DNA of 64,000 nucleotides from Octopus sinensis. Lineage: Eukaryota. The stretch spans positions 56,110,001-56,174,000 of the forward strand of contig NC_043000.1 of the NCBI RefSeq assembly GCF_006345805.1, in the 5' to 3' direction. The notes under the pieces are model-generated. The model was given only the letters and a program-made list of their open reading frames with translations, did no database searches and had not been told where the DNA came from. Below are positions 63,936 through 64,000 of this stretch, piece by piece. How positions within the stretch are numbered: the stretch's first letter is position 1; every line of letters begins with the position of its first letter. A program made the position numbers and the translations under genes.

Positions 63936-64000
63936 AAAAACCATGTGACATATGCCACTGACATATAAAAGCGTCAATTACACTCTCAGAGTAGCTGGTA

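Overview
AT-rich, microsatellite-saturated animal genomic DNA, most likely octopus or another coleoid cephalopod. This assignment is inferred from my recollection of the repeat families (tRNA-derived SINEs with internal (TA)/(TG) tracts, RTE-clade LINE 3' ends with (GAT)n tails), not from a search. No complete gene can be read, and nearly all listed ORFs are translations of simple repeats or TE fragments. A few isolated minus-strand segments have credible splice signals and open frames (55442-55564, 52655-52833, 12609-12724). An RFX X-box plus CCAAT box sits at about 25.8 kb. The main signal is self-cleaving ribozyme motifs in small mobile elements: (i) a ~555-bp tandem and fold-back repeat at 13.4-14.7 kb in which each copy carries a type I hammerhead with a canonical core (retrozyme or Penelope-like candidate); (ii) a second family with a minimal hammerhead and an unusual CUGU(C/U)GA core (61.7 kb, decayed copy at 8.4 kb); (iii) an HDV-like ribozyme fold starting at the apparent 5' end of an RTE-type 5'UTR element (43.85 kb). 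The window also has many inverted repeats and template-switch scars (9-11, 14.4, 24.4, 30.7, 41.9, 45.7-47.0, 49.5, 58.1 kb). All folds were done by eye and none is experimentally tested.
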